A DNA stretch of 63,278 nucleotides, counting the filler, from Basidiobolus ranarum (lineage: Eukaryota): the NCBI GenBank assembly GCA_040143965.1. It is 11 parts of 11 records of this genome, joined end to end, with 100 filler letters (N's around TTAATTAATTAA, not from the genome) between each part and the next. Parts side by side here need not be neighbours in the genome. Positions count along the whole stretch, not along the records: positions 1 to 5,685 come from JASJQH010001526.1; positions 5,786 to 11,466 come from JASJQH010001527.1; 9 more parts are not named here. One strand, 5' to 3'. Positions within the stretch are counted from its first letter, which is position 1. Each line of letters begins with the position of its first letter. The position numbers were made by a program, and so were the translations under genes. This document shows positions 1-11,566 of the stretch, one piece after another. The notes under the pieces are model-generated. The model was not told where the DNA came from and ran no database searches. It was given only the letters and a program-made list of their open reading frames with translations.

Positions 1-179
1 CGATATGGATCGCAGTTAAATATAGCATAAATCGCTTTAGTTAGATCACAATCGCCTATGTGTTTATGAAACACTGATAGCGTGAAATCGTCATATATCA
101 AAAAAATCAATGATAGCCTATTAATACAAGCGATTTCACTACAATCAAATGAAAAATGTCTGTCAATAAAAAGCTTGAG

Positions 180-2290
180 CTATTAGCATGCTCTACAAGT
201 CCTTTATGCTGTTGAGTACAAGGAACAGTAGTTTGATGCTTAATTCCCTGTTTGGATCAAAAACTAGCAAAGTCTTTGGAGCAGTATTCTCCACCATTAT
301 CACTCCTTAGTAACATTACTTTTGGTGCTGATTCTTTATCTACCATTGATAAGTAATGCTTGGACATAGCAAAGGCTTCATAATTTGATCTGAGAAATAA
401 AGCCCAAGAATATCTTGTTTTGTCATCTATAAAGGTGACTAAGTAGCTTTTCCAATCTAGTGAGATGCTTTGATGGGCCTGCATAAGTCAGAATGAATCA
501 GGGCAAGATTCTGAGTAGATTTACTGACTCCAGAGCTGGAAAATATATCATGAATTCCATTCATTCAACCTTCACACATATCAAATTTAGTTATATTTTC
601 ACTTTCTAATGCTGAAACAAACTGATTTCAGATCAAAAGGGTCAGTATTTGCTTCCCAATGTGGCCTCATCTGCTATGCAATATTTAACAACTTATTTCA
701 CTGGTTTAGGCCTAGTTTGTATTCACAGAATTAAAATGCTGATTTCCAGCTTGTATAAGTTTTGAATTTGATCCCAGTAGCTAATTTGATATTATCCTGA
801 TCTGTCATACTGCATCCAGCCTTGCTGAACATGAGAATTATTCCTTGAGTTGTTGCTTGGCCTACTGAGAGTAGATTCTTGGCCATTTTGGTACAAAGAA
901 TACATCATCCAATTTTGCAGAGGGTGTAGCTGAATTTTGGTCTAAACTGAGCACCACTGTGCCTTTACCAACTGCATCTGGTGAATAGTTATTACCTACG
1001 TAGACTCTCCTTATTTGGATTGGTTTTATGCTGGAAAACCAACCTTTCTTGTTTGTTATATGTTGAGAAGCTCCTGAATCAATATACCATATTTTTGAGC
1101 TTTCTTTAGTAGTTACTGATAGGGCAGACACAAAGAGATGATCCCTATCAGTGCTTACTTGATATGCTTGTTCCAGTTATAACTTCTCAGCAAAAATAGT
1201 CTTTCTGCAATATTTTATTAAATAGCCTAGTTTCTTGCAATACTTGCAGATGGTTGCTTTCCTATTAGGGGCACCATGATTGAAGCTTGTTGGATGCTTT
1301 ATAGCTCCAAAAAATACCAGTTCTGAATTATTTTGCTGAGAATCAGATCTCCCCAATTGTCACCAAAATATTCCATTATTAATGGCTCCAATCTTCATTC
1401 TAGGGCAACTATTAGGTTCCTAAACCTGTCTGGCAGGCTCCCAAGTAGTGTTATGACTAAGTTATCTTCATTTAGAGGTGCTCCAATGGAAGAAAGCACA
1501 TCTTCCATAATTTTTATCCAATATATATGATTAAGAACAGAATCATCAGATTTCATCTGAATTGGGAATAATTACTCACCAAAGATATAGCAGATTAGCC
1601 AGACATCTAGTCTCATACAGTCCTGCAAGTGTTTCCCATGTATTTTGGATGTTTTTGGCTGATTGTATGTGCCTTAATTGAGAGTGTTGGAGATGTATAC
1701 AAAGTGTAAAGAGTGCATTCCTCTGCTTCCTGTAAAAGGAAAGAATGGCTTCTGGTGGTCCCTTTGGCTCCATTTCTTCTCCAGTAACAATTCCCCAAAG
1801 GTCCTTCTTATCTAGCACCATATGCATCTTGAACTTTCAAAGATGAGTGTCTTCACCAGCAAACACCTCTTTGGATGCAAAACATTGGTAATAGTACTGA
1901 TAGATATTTCTTCAACAGCTAGCTTGGTGCTCCCAACTTGATAAAAGTGCTTAAGGGATGTGGAAGTGTTTTGGACTAACTTTGGAATTGTGAATTAGAC
2001 ACTTAAGTTTTACTCAAGTGAATGTGTACTATTCATAGTTTACTCCAAAATGTGACTATTGGAAATTCTTGGATCAAAAAAAACATGCCTGTTAAGTATG
2101 TGTGAAAGTTTGAGGTCATTTGGAGAAGTTTTGGGTTAATAGTGACAATTGGTAAAAGTGATCCAATTGAAATTTCTATCAATTAGCGCAATAACCACAA
2201 GCTTTTCAATGACATATTTGAGTGCTAAATGATCAGAACAAGAATAAATTAACTACTAAACAAGGAGTTGCTATTTACCTAATTTCAACA
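180..2290 (-). mobile_element. Degenerate Ty1/copia retrotransposon, family A (5' LTR, gag, protease, integrase start)
   Basis: Minus-strand fragments in copia order: gag MVLDKKDLWGIVTG (1576-1827), protease WYIDSGASQH (862-1131), integrase YLVTFIDDKTRYSW...LRSDNGGEY (257-484). Many stops and frameshifts. Confidence 0.95.
1939..2290 (-). repeat. Copia family A LTR (about 352 bp)
   Basis: On the minus strand it starts TGTTGAAATTAGG and ends ...TTTATCA. Homologous copies at 6926-7245, 9017-9367 and 10332-10684, each followed by a PBS and gag. Confidence 0.9.
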
Positions 2291-3118
2291 GGATTCATCT
2301 TTGCTGAACACAAAATTCAGTCCTTGAGCTATTGCTTGGCCAACTGAGAGCAGATTCTTGGCTATATTTGGTGCGAAGATTACATCATACAGCTTTGCAG
2401 ATGGTATAGCTGAAGTTTGATCCAAATCACAGCTGTACTCTTACTGGATGCTTCTAGTCCATAGTCATCTCCTATGTATTCTTTCCTTGTTGAGATGGGA
2501 TTTAAGTGGGCAAACCAATCTTTCTATTTGATATATGCTGGGAAGCTCCCAAATCAATGTGCCACATTTCTGAGTCTTCTTTAGTGGTTCCTAATAGGGT
2601 GGACATGCATGGAAGATCCCCATCAGTTCTTACTTGAATTGCTTGTTTCAATTTTGGATTTGTGGCAAAAATCCTTTTCCTGCAATCTGTTTCACATGGG
2701 CTGGTTTCTTGCAATACTTCAGATGACTGATTTCCTATCAAAGCACCCCTATTGAAGCCTGTTGGATGTTTTACCGCTTCAAAAAATGCCAGATCCGCAT
2801 TACTTTGCTAAGAATTAGAACACACTAATATCTCATTCAAAAGCCTGGCACCAACATATTCCATTATTAATGGCTCTGATATTGATTCCATAGCAATTAT
2901 CAGGTTCCCAGACTTGTCTAGCATGCTCCCAAGTAGGGTCATGCCTAAGTTATCTTCATTTAGAGGTGCTCCAATGGATGAGAGCTGATCTGCTGTAGTT
3001 TTTATCCGATTTACATGGCTAAGCACAAAATCATCATATTTCATCTAAATTAGGTATAATATTCACCTAAGATATAGACTGTTAGCCAAACATTTAGTCT
3101 CATATAGTCCCTCAAGTG
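2291..3118 (-). mobile_element. Second copia family A fragment (gag, zinc knuckle, protease)
   Basis: HVNRIKTTADQLSSIGAPL...MTLLGS (2808-3044) and WHIDLGASQH (2502-2741). Paralogous to 820-1630 and cut off by the LTR ending at 2290. Confidence 0.9.
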
Positions 3119-3858
3119 ATGGCAGCTCTGATAGTTAGAGTCTTTTGGTTGGCTGATTTTCCTATGAGATTTCTACTTTCATATGCCCAAGTTATTTTGG
3201 GCCATTGTGTAGGCTTAATGGTCCAACACATATTCTGCTCTGCTAGATTGTCATGGTGATGTTCATAAGTATGGTGTAGGATTGACTGAAATCCTGTTCA
3301 TATATATGGTGTGGGATTGAATGAAATCATGTATGAGAATGGACGGATGGAGCAGCATGTTTCAGTAGCCATGTACTGCTTTTGAAGGACTTGAATCATT
3401 GTTGAGTGACTCTCTAACAGTTGACTAGTTGCTTCAGAATGCTGCATTAATTGCAATATTGTGGCATTATTGCTCATCATGGCCTGTATATCAAATGGCC
3501 TGTAGGTCAACTTTGTAGTTTTTACTTGTGAATGCATGCAGTGCATTACAGAGTGCTGCCTGCAATTCCCTTGGTGTAGTAATTCTATCCATATTTTCTA
3601 TGGAGGGATGTTCAATAGTCTTGTTCCTTTTTATTAAGCCAAATCAGACCAGCTAAAAAGTGTGCCGGCACAAATTGGCACAATAGGGCACTATCCGGCA
3701 TAATGATATTTACCATTTCAGAAACAGTAGTGTCACTTATGTGTTATTTTTAGGAAAAGTGCTATTAGACATTATTGCACATTCAAAAGATGATGAAAGC
3801 TTGATTTTTTGTGTCTTAAGTTCAGAGCTCTCAATGGATATCTTTGAGTGTGAATGTA

Positions 3859-4649
3859 CTAAGAATTAATCAAGATTTTGGCTACTTTGCCTAAGTTTGA
3901 TTCAAGCTCACAAAATGATTTTCCTCTATACATTCCTGCTACAATGCTATATCTCCTTAGGAAACCAAAGTAATATTCTACTCTTGCTCTTAAATGGGAA
4001 AAAATAACATTACAAATCTTTTGCCTCTTAGTAAGTATCCCTTCTCTGAGCCTGTTGTTAGCTGCAACACAGAGACTGCATTCTTCCACAACATAGGTCA
4101 AAGCAGCCATAGTCTTCTCATATTTTACAAAGAGTGCATGCCTCTCAACACAAAGCCTGTTGTCATGGTGTCTCCCTGGATGTGGCCAAATAAACCAAAT
4201 GATGTTTCCTTCCAAATCTGTCAAAGCCTGGAACTTACACAGTAAGCTTTGTACTAGCCAGAATAGAATAGCTTGTGGTTAATTTTAGGCCAATTAATTC
4301 TCACAGGAAATGTGTCAAGAATACCTCTGATATGAACTCTATTGGGAAATACTCCAGGAAATGGAAGGAATTTAGAGTTTCCAAATCTTTGGTCCCAGGC
4401 ACCTTCAACATTATTCATCACTGAAGCTAGATAATCCTCACTTACTTGAAGCTTAGTATGGCCACTTTTACTACCATTAATAGTGCAATAAAATCTGATT
4501 GGACAGTATTATTTTAGTAACAAAACAAATTGACTAGCTGGTTTCTGGTAGGCACTGAAGTATTTGAGCCACAGTATTACCCAAATGTAGCTTCTAGGGT
4601 GATGATAGGAAAGCCAGAAGTTGTTTTCAATTTTATGAGGAAGGCCCAT
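3859..4649 (-). pseudogene. DDE_Tnp_4-type (Harbinger/IS5-like) transposase pseudogene
   Basis: Manual translation gives GILDTFPVRINWP...LFYSG*YKAYCV, a frameshift, then FQALTDLEGNIIWF...PGRHHDNRL...LTKRQKICNVIFSHLRARVEYYFGFLRRY. This matches DDE_Tnp_4 motifs (D, G-x3-D, N-x6-R-x2-VE-x2-FG-x-L). In-frame stops are present. Confidence 0.85.
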
Positions 4650-4922
4650 TTAGAGTAGATGGAGAGCCTTATTACTAATCTTGCATTGAGCTGGCACAAT
4701 ACAGATTGACCTGGCTTGCATGAGAAATATATCAAAGAATTTCAATTATCATGGCAAAATTCCCAACATTCTGTATACTAAGATTACTGTTTGTGTTTAT
4801 TATCCTAATTATTTTTATTATGTGTAATTACACATATATTTTTGTAATAAACTGGATCAGCAAAGTTAATCATAGTTTGATCTGAATCAATTTATATTGC
4901 ATATATATCAAAATGGCTCAAT

Positions 4923-5579
4923 ATGGATTGCATTATGCTTGATCACACTTTAGGAAATTTACTCTGACATCTTAACCAATAATATAAAAAGATCCTAATT
5001 CTGATTGAAACAATCAAGTCTAACATTGTAGATATGTGGTAGTTACCTATCATCTCAAAACAGATTCTTTCTGATTCACAACCTCCTTTGATCCAGGAAA
5101 TCATCACTTCAAAAATTTTGCAAGCATAGTTGAATGAAGATGTAGGTGGTGCAAAGCATTGTGTGCCTAACAATTTTACAGATGCTCAGGTATCTACTAT
5201 GAATTCTTTCTTGGATATATGGGAGTTTTTGATAAACTTGACAGAAGCTTGGGAAGGGGGCAATAGACAAAAGTGGAAGCAACTTTTGACTCTGCTTTGG
5301 AGCAAATACTATATCTTCATGCCTTCTGAAGTCTGCAAGAATATATGCAATAAGACTCATGAGAATACAAAGCAGGAATTGAGAAATAGGGATTTCAATT
5401 TCAAGTCTGCAATGATACAACTCCAATTGTGTTTTTGCTTGTATGGACCAGAAGCAACTGTTGCAGCATCAACTTTAGAGACCAAAGAAGTTCTAAGTAG
5501 ATATCTACCACTTTTCAATGTGACTTTTCAGCAACCATTGATGGAGGTTGCAGAGTTCAAATCACATTTTAGGACATGA
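4923..5579 (+). pseudogene. Second ORF of the putative PHIS element; unknown product, disrupted
   Basis: The ATG at 4923 is in frame with the 149-aa ORF at 5130-5579, with four in-frame stops between them. It is CpG-depleted like the neighbouring transposase. No domain recognised. Confidence 0.45.
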
Positions 5580-5685
5580 TGGTAAGAGTAATCAACAGAG
5601 GTGTAAAGAGAAAAGCAAGACAATTTACTGAATCAGAAGATATTCCCAAAGGCTAATTGGAGCAGTCCAGACCATTGCACAGACC

Positions 5686-5785
5686 NNNNNNNNNNNNNNN
5701 NNNNNNNNNNNNNNNNNNNNNNNNNNNNNTTAATTAATTAANNNNNNNNNNNNNNNNNNNNNNNNNNNNNNNNNNNNNNNNNNNN
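5686..5785. other. Artificial contig linker (N44-TTAATTAATTAA-N44); first of 10 identical linkers
   Basis: The same 100-bp spacer occurs at 5686, 11467, 17248, 23027, 28801, 34566, 40324, 46073, 51817 and 57554. The core gives stops in all six frames. Contig lengths fall monotonically from 5685 to 5625. Confidence 0.98.
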
Positions 5786-7245
5786 CATAGAGTCTGTAGG
5801 CCTTAGTTTGAGTACAATAACCCAAAAATATGCATTTCTTACTTTTTGGATCAAATTTAGACCAATTTTTGGTCATAATTTTGACATAAGCAATGCGTAG
5901 CAAACTTGTTGGGCATCTGTTTTTGATATAGACAGTAGTGGAGACAGGTTGAAGCCAATATTGGTAATCTAACTTTTGATCACGTGACATTGATCTTGCC
6001 ATCTCCACTATGATCCTATTAGCATGTTCTGCAACTCCATTTTGCTGTGGAGTACAAGGTATAATAGTTTGTTACTTAATTCCATGTTCAGAGCAAAAAC
6101 TAGCAAAGTCTTTAGAGCAGTATTCTTGACCATTATGACTCCTTAGTACCCTTTGTTTTTGTGCTGATTCTTTCTCTGCCATTGCTTTGTAGTGCTTGAA
6201 TGTAGCTATGGCTTCAGATATTGATTTGAGAAAGAATACCCAAATATATCTTGTTTAGTCATCAATAAAGGTCAAAAAGTACCTTTTCCCACCTGATGAG
6301 ATGTTTTTCAGGGGCCCACATAGGTTAGAATGTATCAGAGCAAACTCTGATAGAATGACTGTAGGTGATATATTCTGTATATGAGATCTTCACACAGATC
6401 TAATTTGGTGCTATTTTCAAGGTAGGCTTCAAAGTAGTGTCATTACTAAGTCATCTTCATTTAAAGGTGTTCCAATAAATCAGAGCGGAGCTGCCATGAT
6501 TTTTATCAGATTTATATGAACAAGCATAGAATCATCAGAATTCTTCTGAATTGAGAATAATTCTCACATAAGATATAGCTTAATGCCCATACCTGTAGTC
6601 TCCATTAGTCCTTGAATTGTTTTCCAAGCAGTTTGGACATTTTTGGCTGATTGTATGTGCCTCAACTGAGAGTCTCAGAGATGTAGGCAAGGTGTAGAGA
6701 GTGCTTTCCTCTGCTTCTTGTAAAGGCTAGGAGTTCTTTGGAGGTCCCTTTTGCTCCATTTTGTCTCCTGTAACAAATCCCCAAAGATCTTTCTCTTCAA
6801 GCACTATTTGCATCTTGAACTTACAAAGGTGAAAGGCTTTGTCATCAAACTTCCCTGTAGATGCCAAAACATTGGTGATAGTTCTGGTAAACCTTCCTTT
6901 AACAGCTAGCTTGGGGCTCCTAACTTGACAAAGATGTTTACAGGTTGTGGAAGTGCTTTGGACAAGACTTGTGTTTGTGAGTTAGACACTTAGGTTTTAT
7001 TAAATTGAATATGTACTATTTATAGTTTACTATGAAATAGAACTATTGGCCATGCCAAGATCAAAACAAACATGCCTGTTAAGCATTCATGAAGATTTGA
7101 GATGTTTTGGGGAGATTTTGAGAAAAAAGTGAAAATTGATGAAAGTGATATGCTCGCCATCTTTATCAATTAGAGTTATAAACATATGTTTTTGAATGGA
7201 TGAAATGAGTGCTGAATAATTCAAGTATGCATACATACACTACTT
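5786..7245 (-). mobile_element. Copia family A copy with internal deletion (LTR, gag, then integrase)
   Basis: Integrase C-terminal part VYIKNRCP...KFDPKSKKCIFLGY...KAYRLY (5786-6008), gag remnant at about 6440-6920, LTR from 6926. The protease region is missing. Confidence 0.9.
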
Positions 7246-7247
7246 TA

Positions 7248-9367
7248 TCACATTCTGCAGCTCAATTTGCTGTGGAGGATAATATACAGGAGTTTATTGC
7301 TTAATTTATAGTATAGAACAAAATTAATAAAGTCTTGTGAGAAATATTTTCTACCATTATCACACCCCAGTACGTTCATTTCTTGTACTGATTCTTTAAC
7401 TAGCATTGCTTTGTAGTACTTGAACATAGCTGAGGATTCAGATTCTGATTTGAGAAAGAATATGAAAGTATACTTTAATTTGTCACCAATTAAGATCACA
7501 AAAGTATCTTTTGCCAACTAGGGAGACAAACATTATGGGCCACATAGATCAGAAGGATTCAGGGCAAAATTCAGCAGATTTGATTGCTCCAGAGCTGGGA
7601 AAGAGCTGTTTGTGATATTTCCCCTGTATGTAACCTTCTGAGTTCTAATTTAGTGCTATTTTCAATTTGTAGGCCTGAAACAAGCAGATGTTGGATTATT
7701 TGGGTCAGTTTTTGTTCCCCAATGTGGCCTAATTTTCTATGCCATGTTTGACAGCTTATTTAGCTGTTTTGGCCAAGTTAACCTGCTCAGAATGCAATTT
7801 ATTGATTACCAGCTTGTATAAGTCTTGAGTTTTGATCCCAGGAGCTAATTTGGTACTCTGCTGATCTGTGATAGTGCATCCAGCCTAGTTGAATGCAAAT
7901 TTGGTCCTTGAATTGTTGCTTAGCATACTCAGATTAGATTCTTTGCTATATTTAATACCTAGAGTACATCAGCCAATTGAGCTCATGGTGTCACTAAATA
8001 TAGGTTTAAATTGTGCACAACTGCACCTTTACCAACTGCATCTAGTGCACAGTGCTCACCAAAGTAGACATTTCTAGTTTAGATGGGTTCTGTACTAGAA
8101 AACCACTCTTTCTTGTTTACCATATGCTTGCCAGCTCCTGAATCAGTGTATTACATTCCCAATTCTTCTTTAGAGGTTTCGGATAGGGCAAGACACAAAT
8201 AGATAATCCCTATTAGTGCTACTTGAATTGCTTATTCCAATTTTGGCTATTTGGCAAAAAGCCCTTCACTGCTACCTTTTATTATATGGATTGGTTTCTT
8301 GCAATACTTTCATATGATTGATTTCCCACTAGGGGCACCTTTTTTGAAGCCTGCTTGACATTTTAGAGCTCCAGAAAATGACTGGTCACCATTATGATGC
8401 TGGGAATTACACCATGTTAATCACTCATTCAAAAGCCTGGATCCAACATATTCCATGGTTGATGGCTCTGCTCTTGCTTCTAGATTATTTATGAGGTTCC
8501 TAAATACATTGTGCAGGCTCCCAAGTAGTGTCATGACTAAGTCATCTTCACTTAGAGGTGCTCCAATGGATGAGAGCTGATCTGGCATGGTTTTTGTCTT
8601 GTTTTTTTGATAAAGGATTGATTCATCAGAATTCATATGAATCAAGAACAATTTTCACCTACAATACAGCCTATTAGCCAGACTTTTGGTCTCATATACT
8701 TCCTCAAGTGTTTCCCCAGCAGTTTGGATGTTTGGCAAGTTGTATGTACCTCAATTGAAAGTCTCTGCTAAGTAGACCAAGTGCAGAGAGCGCTCTCCTC
8801 TGCTTCTTATTAAAGGCCAGGAGAGCTTCTGGTGGTCACTTTAGCTCTATTTCTTCTCATGTAATAAATCCCCAACAATCATTGCCTTCAAGCATAATTT
8901 GCATCTTGAACTTCCATTGGTGAGAATCTTGACCTTCAAACCTCTCTGTGGATGCAAAGACTTTGGTGGTAGTACTGGTAGACATTCCATTAGCAGCTAG
9001 CTTGGGGCTTGTAACCTGATAAAAGTGTTCAGGGGTTTTGAAAGCGTGTTGGACAAGATTTGGATTTGTGAATTAGACACTTAAGTTTTATTGAATTATA
9101 TATGTCCTATTTATAGTTTAATACAAAACAAGATTATTGGGCATGCTTAGATTGTAACAAATTAGCCTGTTAAGCATGCATGAAAATTTGAGATGATATA
9201 GAGAAGTTTTGAGAAAATAGTTAAATTTGGTAAAAGTGATCAAGTTGATATTTTTATCAATTAGAGCAATAAACACACATTTTTTGACGACAGAGTTGAG
9301 TGCTCAATAATCAGAATATGAATAAGCTAACTACTAAATAATGAGATGCTATTTATCAAATTTAACA
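7248..9367 (-). mobile_element. Copia family A copy (LTR 9017-9367, PBS, gag, protease, integrase start)
   Basis: DQLSSIGAPLSEDDLVMTLLGSL (8421-8651), integrase-like ORF at 7248-7517, and a full LTR with TG...CA ends. Confidence 0.92.
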
Positions 9368-9782
9368 ATCCCATGCAACTAATTATTTTGTATTTCTCTT
9401 ATACCAAATTGATATCTTAATCATTCAAGTTGTGCTTTAGCTAAAGGTTTGGTAAAGATGTCAGCAATCATTTCTTCAGTAGGGCAATAGACACGTTCAA
9501 TTATATCATTCTTGATTGCATCGCTAACAAAATAATGCCTCATATCTATATCTTTTGCTCTAGCATGAAATGCAGGGTTTTTAGCTAAATAAATACCACT
9601 TTGATTATTCTTAAATATGGTAATAGCATGTTTTTGCATATATCTGAGGTCTATAAATAACTTCCTTAACTACAAAGCTTCTTGTGTAGTTGTAGAGGCA
9701 GCCATATACTCTGCTTCAGTAGTGGAAAGTGCCATGGTTGGTTTCTTCTTAAGTAATAAGTAGCATTTATCCAATTTCAACA
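9368..9782 (-). mobile_element. Copia RNase H 3' remnant, plus a 32-bp LTR terminus at 9751-9782
   Basis: NQSGIYLAKNPAFHARAKDIDMRHYFV...CPTEEMIADIFTKPL (9421-9639) and the ALSTTEAEYMAA motif near 9700-9733. It runs straight into the LTR at 9367. Confidence 0.92.
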
Positions 9783-10684
9783 AATGGCTCTGATAACGAT
9801 TCTAGGGCAATTATGAAGTTCCCAAACTCCTCTGGTTGGCTCCAGAGTAGTGTCACAACTAAGTCAACTTCATCAGAGTTGCTCCAATGGCTCAGGGCTG
9901 ATCTGACACAGCTTGTATCCAAATTCTATGATTAGCCAAAGAATCATTGGAAAAAGCATCTGAATTAAGAATAATCTCAGCTAAGATATAGCCCATTAGC
10001 CAGTCTCATATTGTCCCTCAAGTGTATACCATGCAGTTTGCATGTTATTGCCTGAATGTCTGTGTCTCAATTGAAAGTCTCTCGGATGAAGAAAAAGTGT
10101 AGAGGGTCCTTTCCTCAGCGTTGTGTGAAAGACATGGAAAGATTCTGGTGGACCCTTTGGCTCTATTACTTCTCCTGTAACACTTCCCCAAAGTTCCTTG
10201 TCTTTTAGCACCATTTGCATCTTGAATTTCAATAGTTGTAAGTCTTGGTCATTAATTTTCCCTGTAGATGCATAAATTTAGTAATAGTACTGTTAAATGT
10301 TGCATTAAGAGCTAACTTGGGACTCATAACCTGATCAGGGTATTTAGGGGATTTGGAGGTGTTTTGCTCAAGGTTTGGATTTGTGAATTAGACATTTAAG
10401 CTTTAATGAAGTGAATATGTCCTAGTTATGGTTTACTATAAAACAGAACTATTGGGAGCCCTTATATCATAATAAACATGCCTGTAAAGTATAGGTGTAT
10501 ATTTGAAATGATTTGTAAAAGTTGTGAGAAGAGGGGGAAAATTGGTAAAAGTGTTCTAATTGCAATTTCAATCAATTTGGAAAATAAGCACAAGTTTTTG
10601 AAATGGTAAAATTGAGTGCAATATAATGAGAATTTGAATAAGCTAACTGCAAAGTATTGAGTAGCTATTTACCTAGTTTGAACA
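9783..10684 (-). mobile_element. Copia family A 5' fragment (LTR 10332-10684, PBS, gag)
   Basis: KFKMQMVLKDKELWGSVTGE (9996-10232). The PBS GGTTATGAGTCCC lies directly after the LTR. Confidence 0.92.
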
Positions 10685-11466
10685 ATGTCATTAGAATGAT
10701 TGGCTTTGATGAAGATATTGCTGCAAACTTGTGCTGGATATGTGCTAAACCTTGGGTGTAAAGCACTTTACAAAAGTAATTAGGAGAACATATCCTAGAA
10801 ACACTATATTGTGAAGGTGACACACAAGCATTCAGGTGATAAATGTGTAAAACTTGTCATATGTTTTTTACACATGCATTGATTGATGGTTTTCAAATAT
10901 TATGGTCAATCTTGTGCAACTATTTTGCAAGATCTTGAAATTTTAGCTGTGGAACTGAAATATTGGATTTAAATCAAATTTGACTTGACCACTTTATGAT
11001 AGTTAATATACTGTCCATCTAAAATTGATTATAATTGTGACAGTTTCTTCACAATGACAATCCACTTACTTGTGGTAGAGATATAATGAGCAAGATATCA
11101 GTTAAATTTTTACAGAGTGTTGTGTATGCATCAATGTGTCTGAATGGCAACCTTTGAAACTCTTAAACAAACTTTTCACAAAGCCATTAAGTTTAACAAA
11201 CATTAATAGTGATCAATGAGTGTGTAGAAAAATAGCAGAAATCTCTATAAAGAGCTCCCAAAGCCTCTAGTATATTTTGGGCAAGTATCTCTTGAGTACA
11301 TGGCTAGAAAAGCTATGTATCCAACACTTCTAGACCTAGCTCTTATATATCCTTAGGCTGACATAAATGTTGCTTCAAATCTTATAAAACATAGTGAGTG
11401 TCACAATAAGGAACTGGACAAGGCCTGGGAACAACAACAAGAGGCTAGAAGGCAGGAGAGTACTTG
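10685..11466 (+). repeat. Unclassified dispersed coding-like repeat (family D), degenerate
   Basis: 10690-11060 aligns by eye to the reverse complement of about 28000-28380, e.g. TGTGCAACTATTT-GCAAGATCTTGAAATTTT. It is on a different contig and is CpG-depleted. Confidence 0.8.
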
Positions 11467-11566
11467 NNNNNNNNNNNNNNNNNNNNNNNNNNNNNNNNNN
11501 NNNNNNNNNNTTAATTAATTAANNNNNNNNNNNNNNNNNNNNNNNNNNNNNNNNNNNNNNNNNNNN

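Larger units (their letters stand above)
3617..5685. mobile_element. Decayed PHIS (PIF/Harbinger-ISL2EU group) DNA transposon with two divergent ORFs; right end missing
   Basis: The left end AGTCTTGTTCC (3617) resembles the MITE TIR GGACTTGTTCC. The subterminal GGCACAATAGGGCACTATC resembles AGCACAATCTGGCACTATC in the MITEs. Contains a DDE_Tnp_4-like ORF on the minus strand and an unknown ORF on the plus strand. Confidence 0.65.

Noticed and set aside
3120..3610. 82-aa ORF at 3298-3546 as a host gene
   Set aside because: It is CpG-depleted and wedged between two TEs; probably an unclassifiable TE remnant.
5730..5741. Recurrent TTAATTAATTAA motif and ORFs ending in X...LIN
   Set aside because: This is the artificial linker; ORFs running into it are truncated by the assembly.
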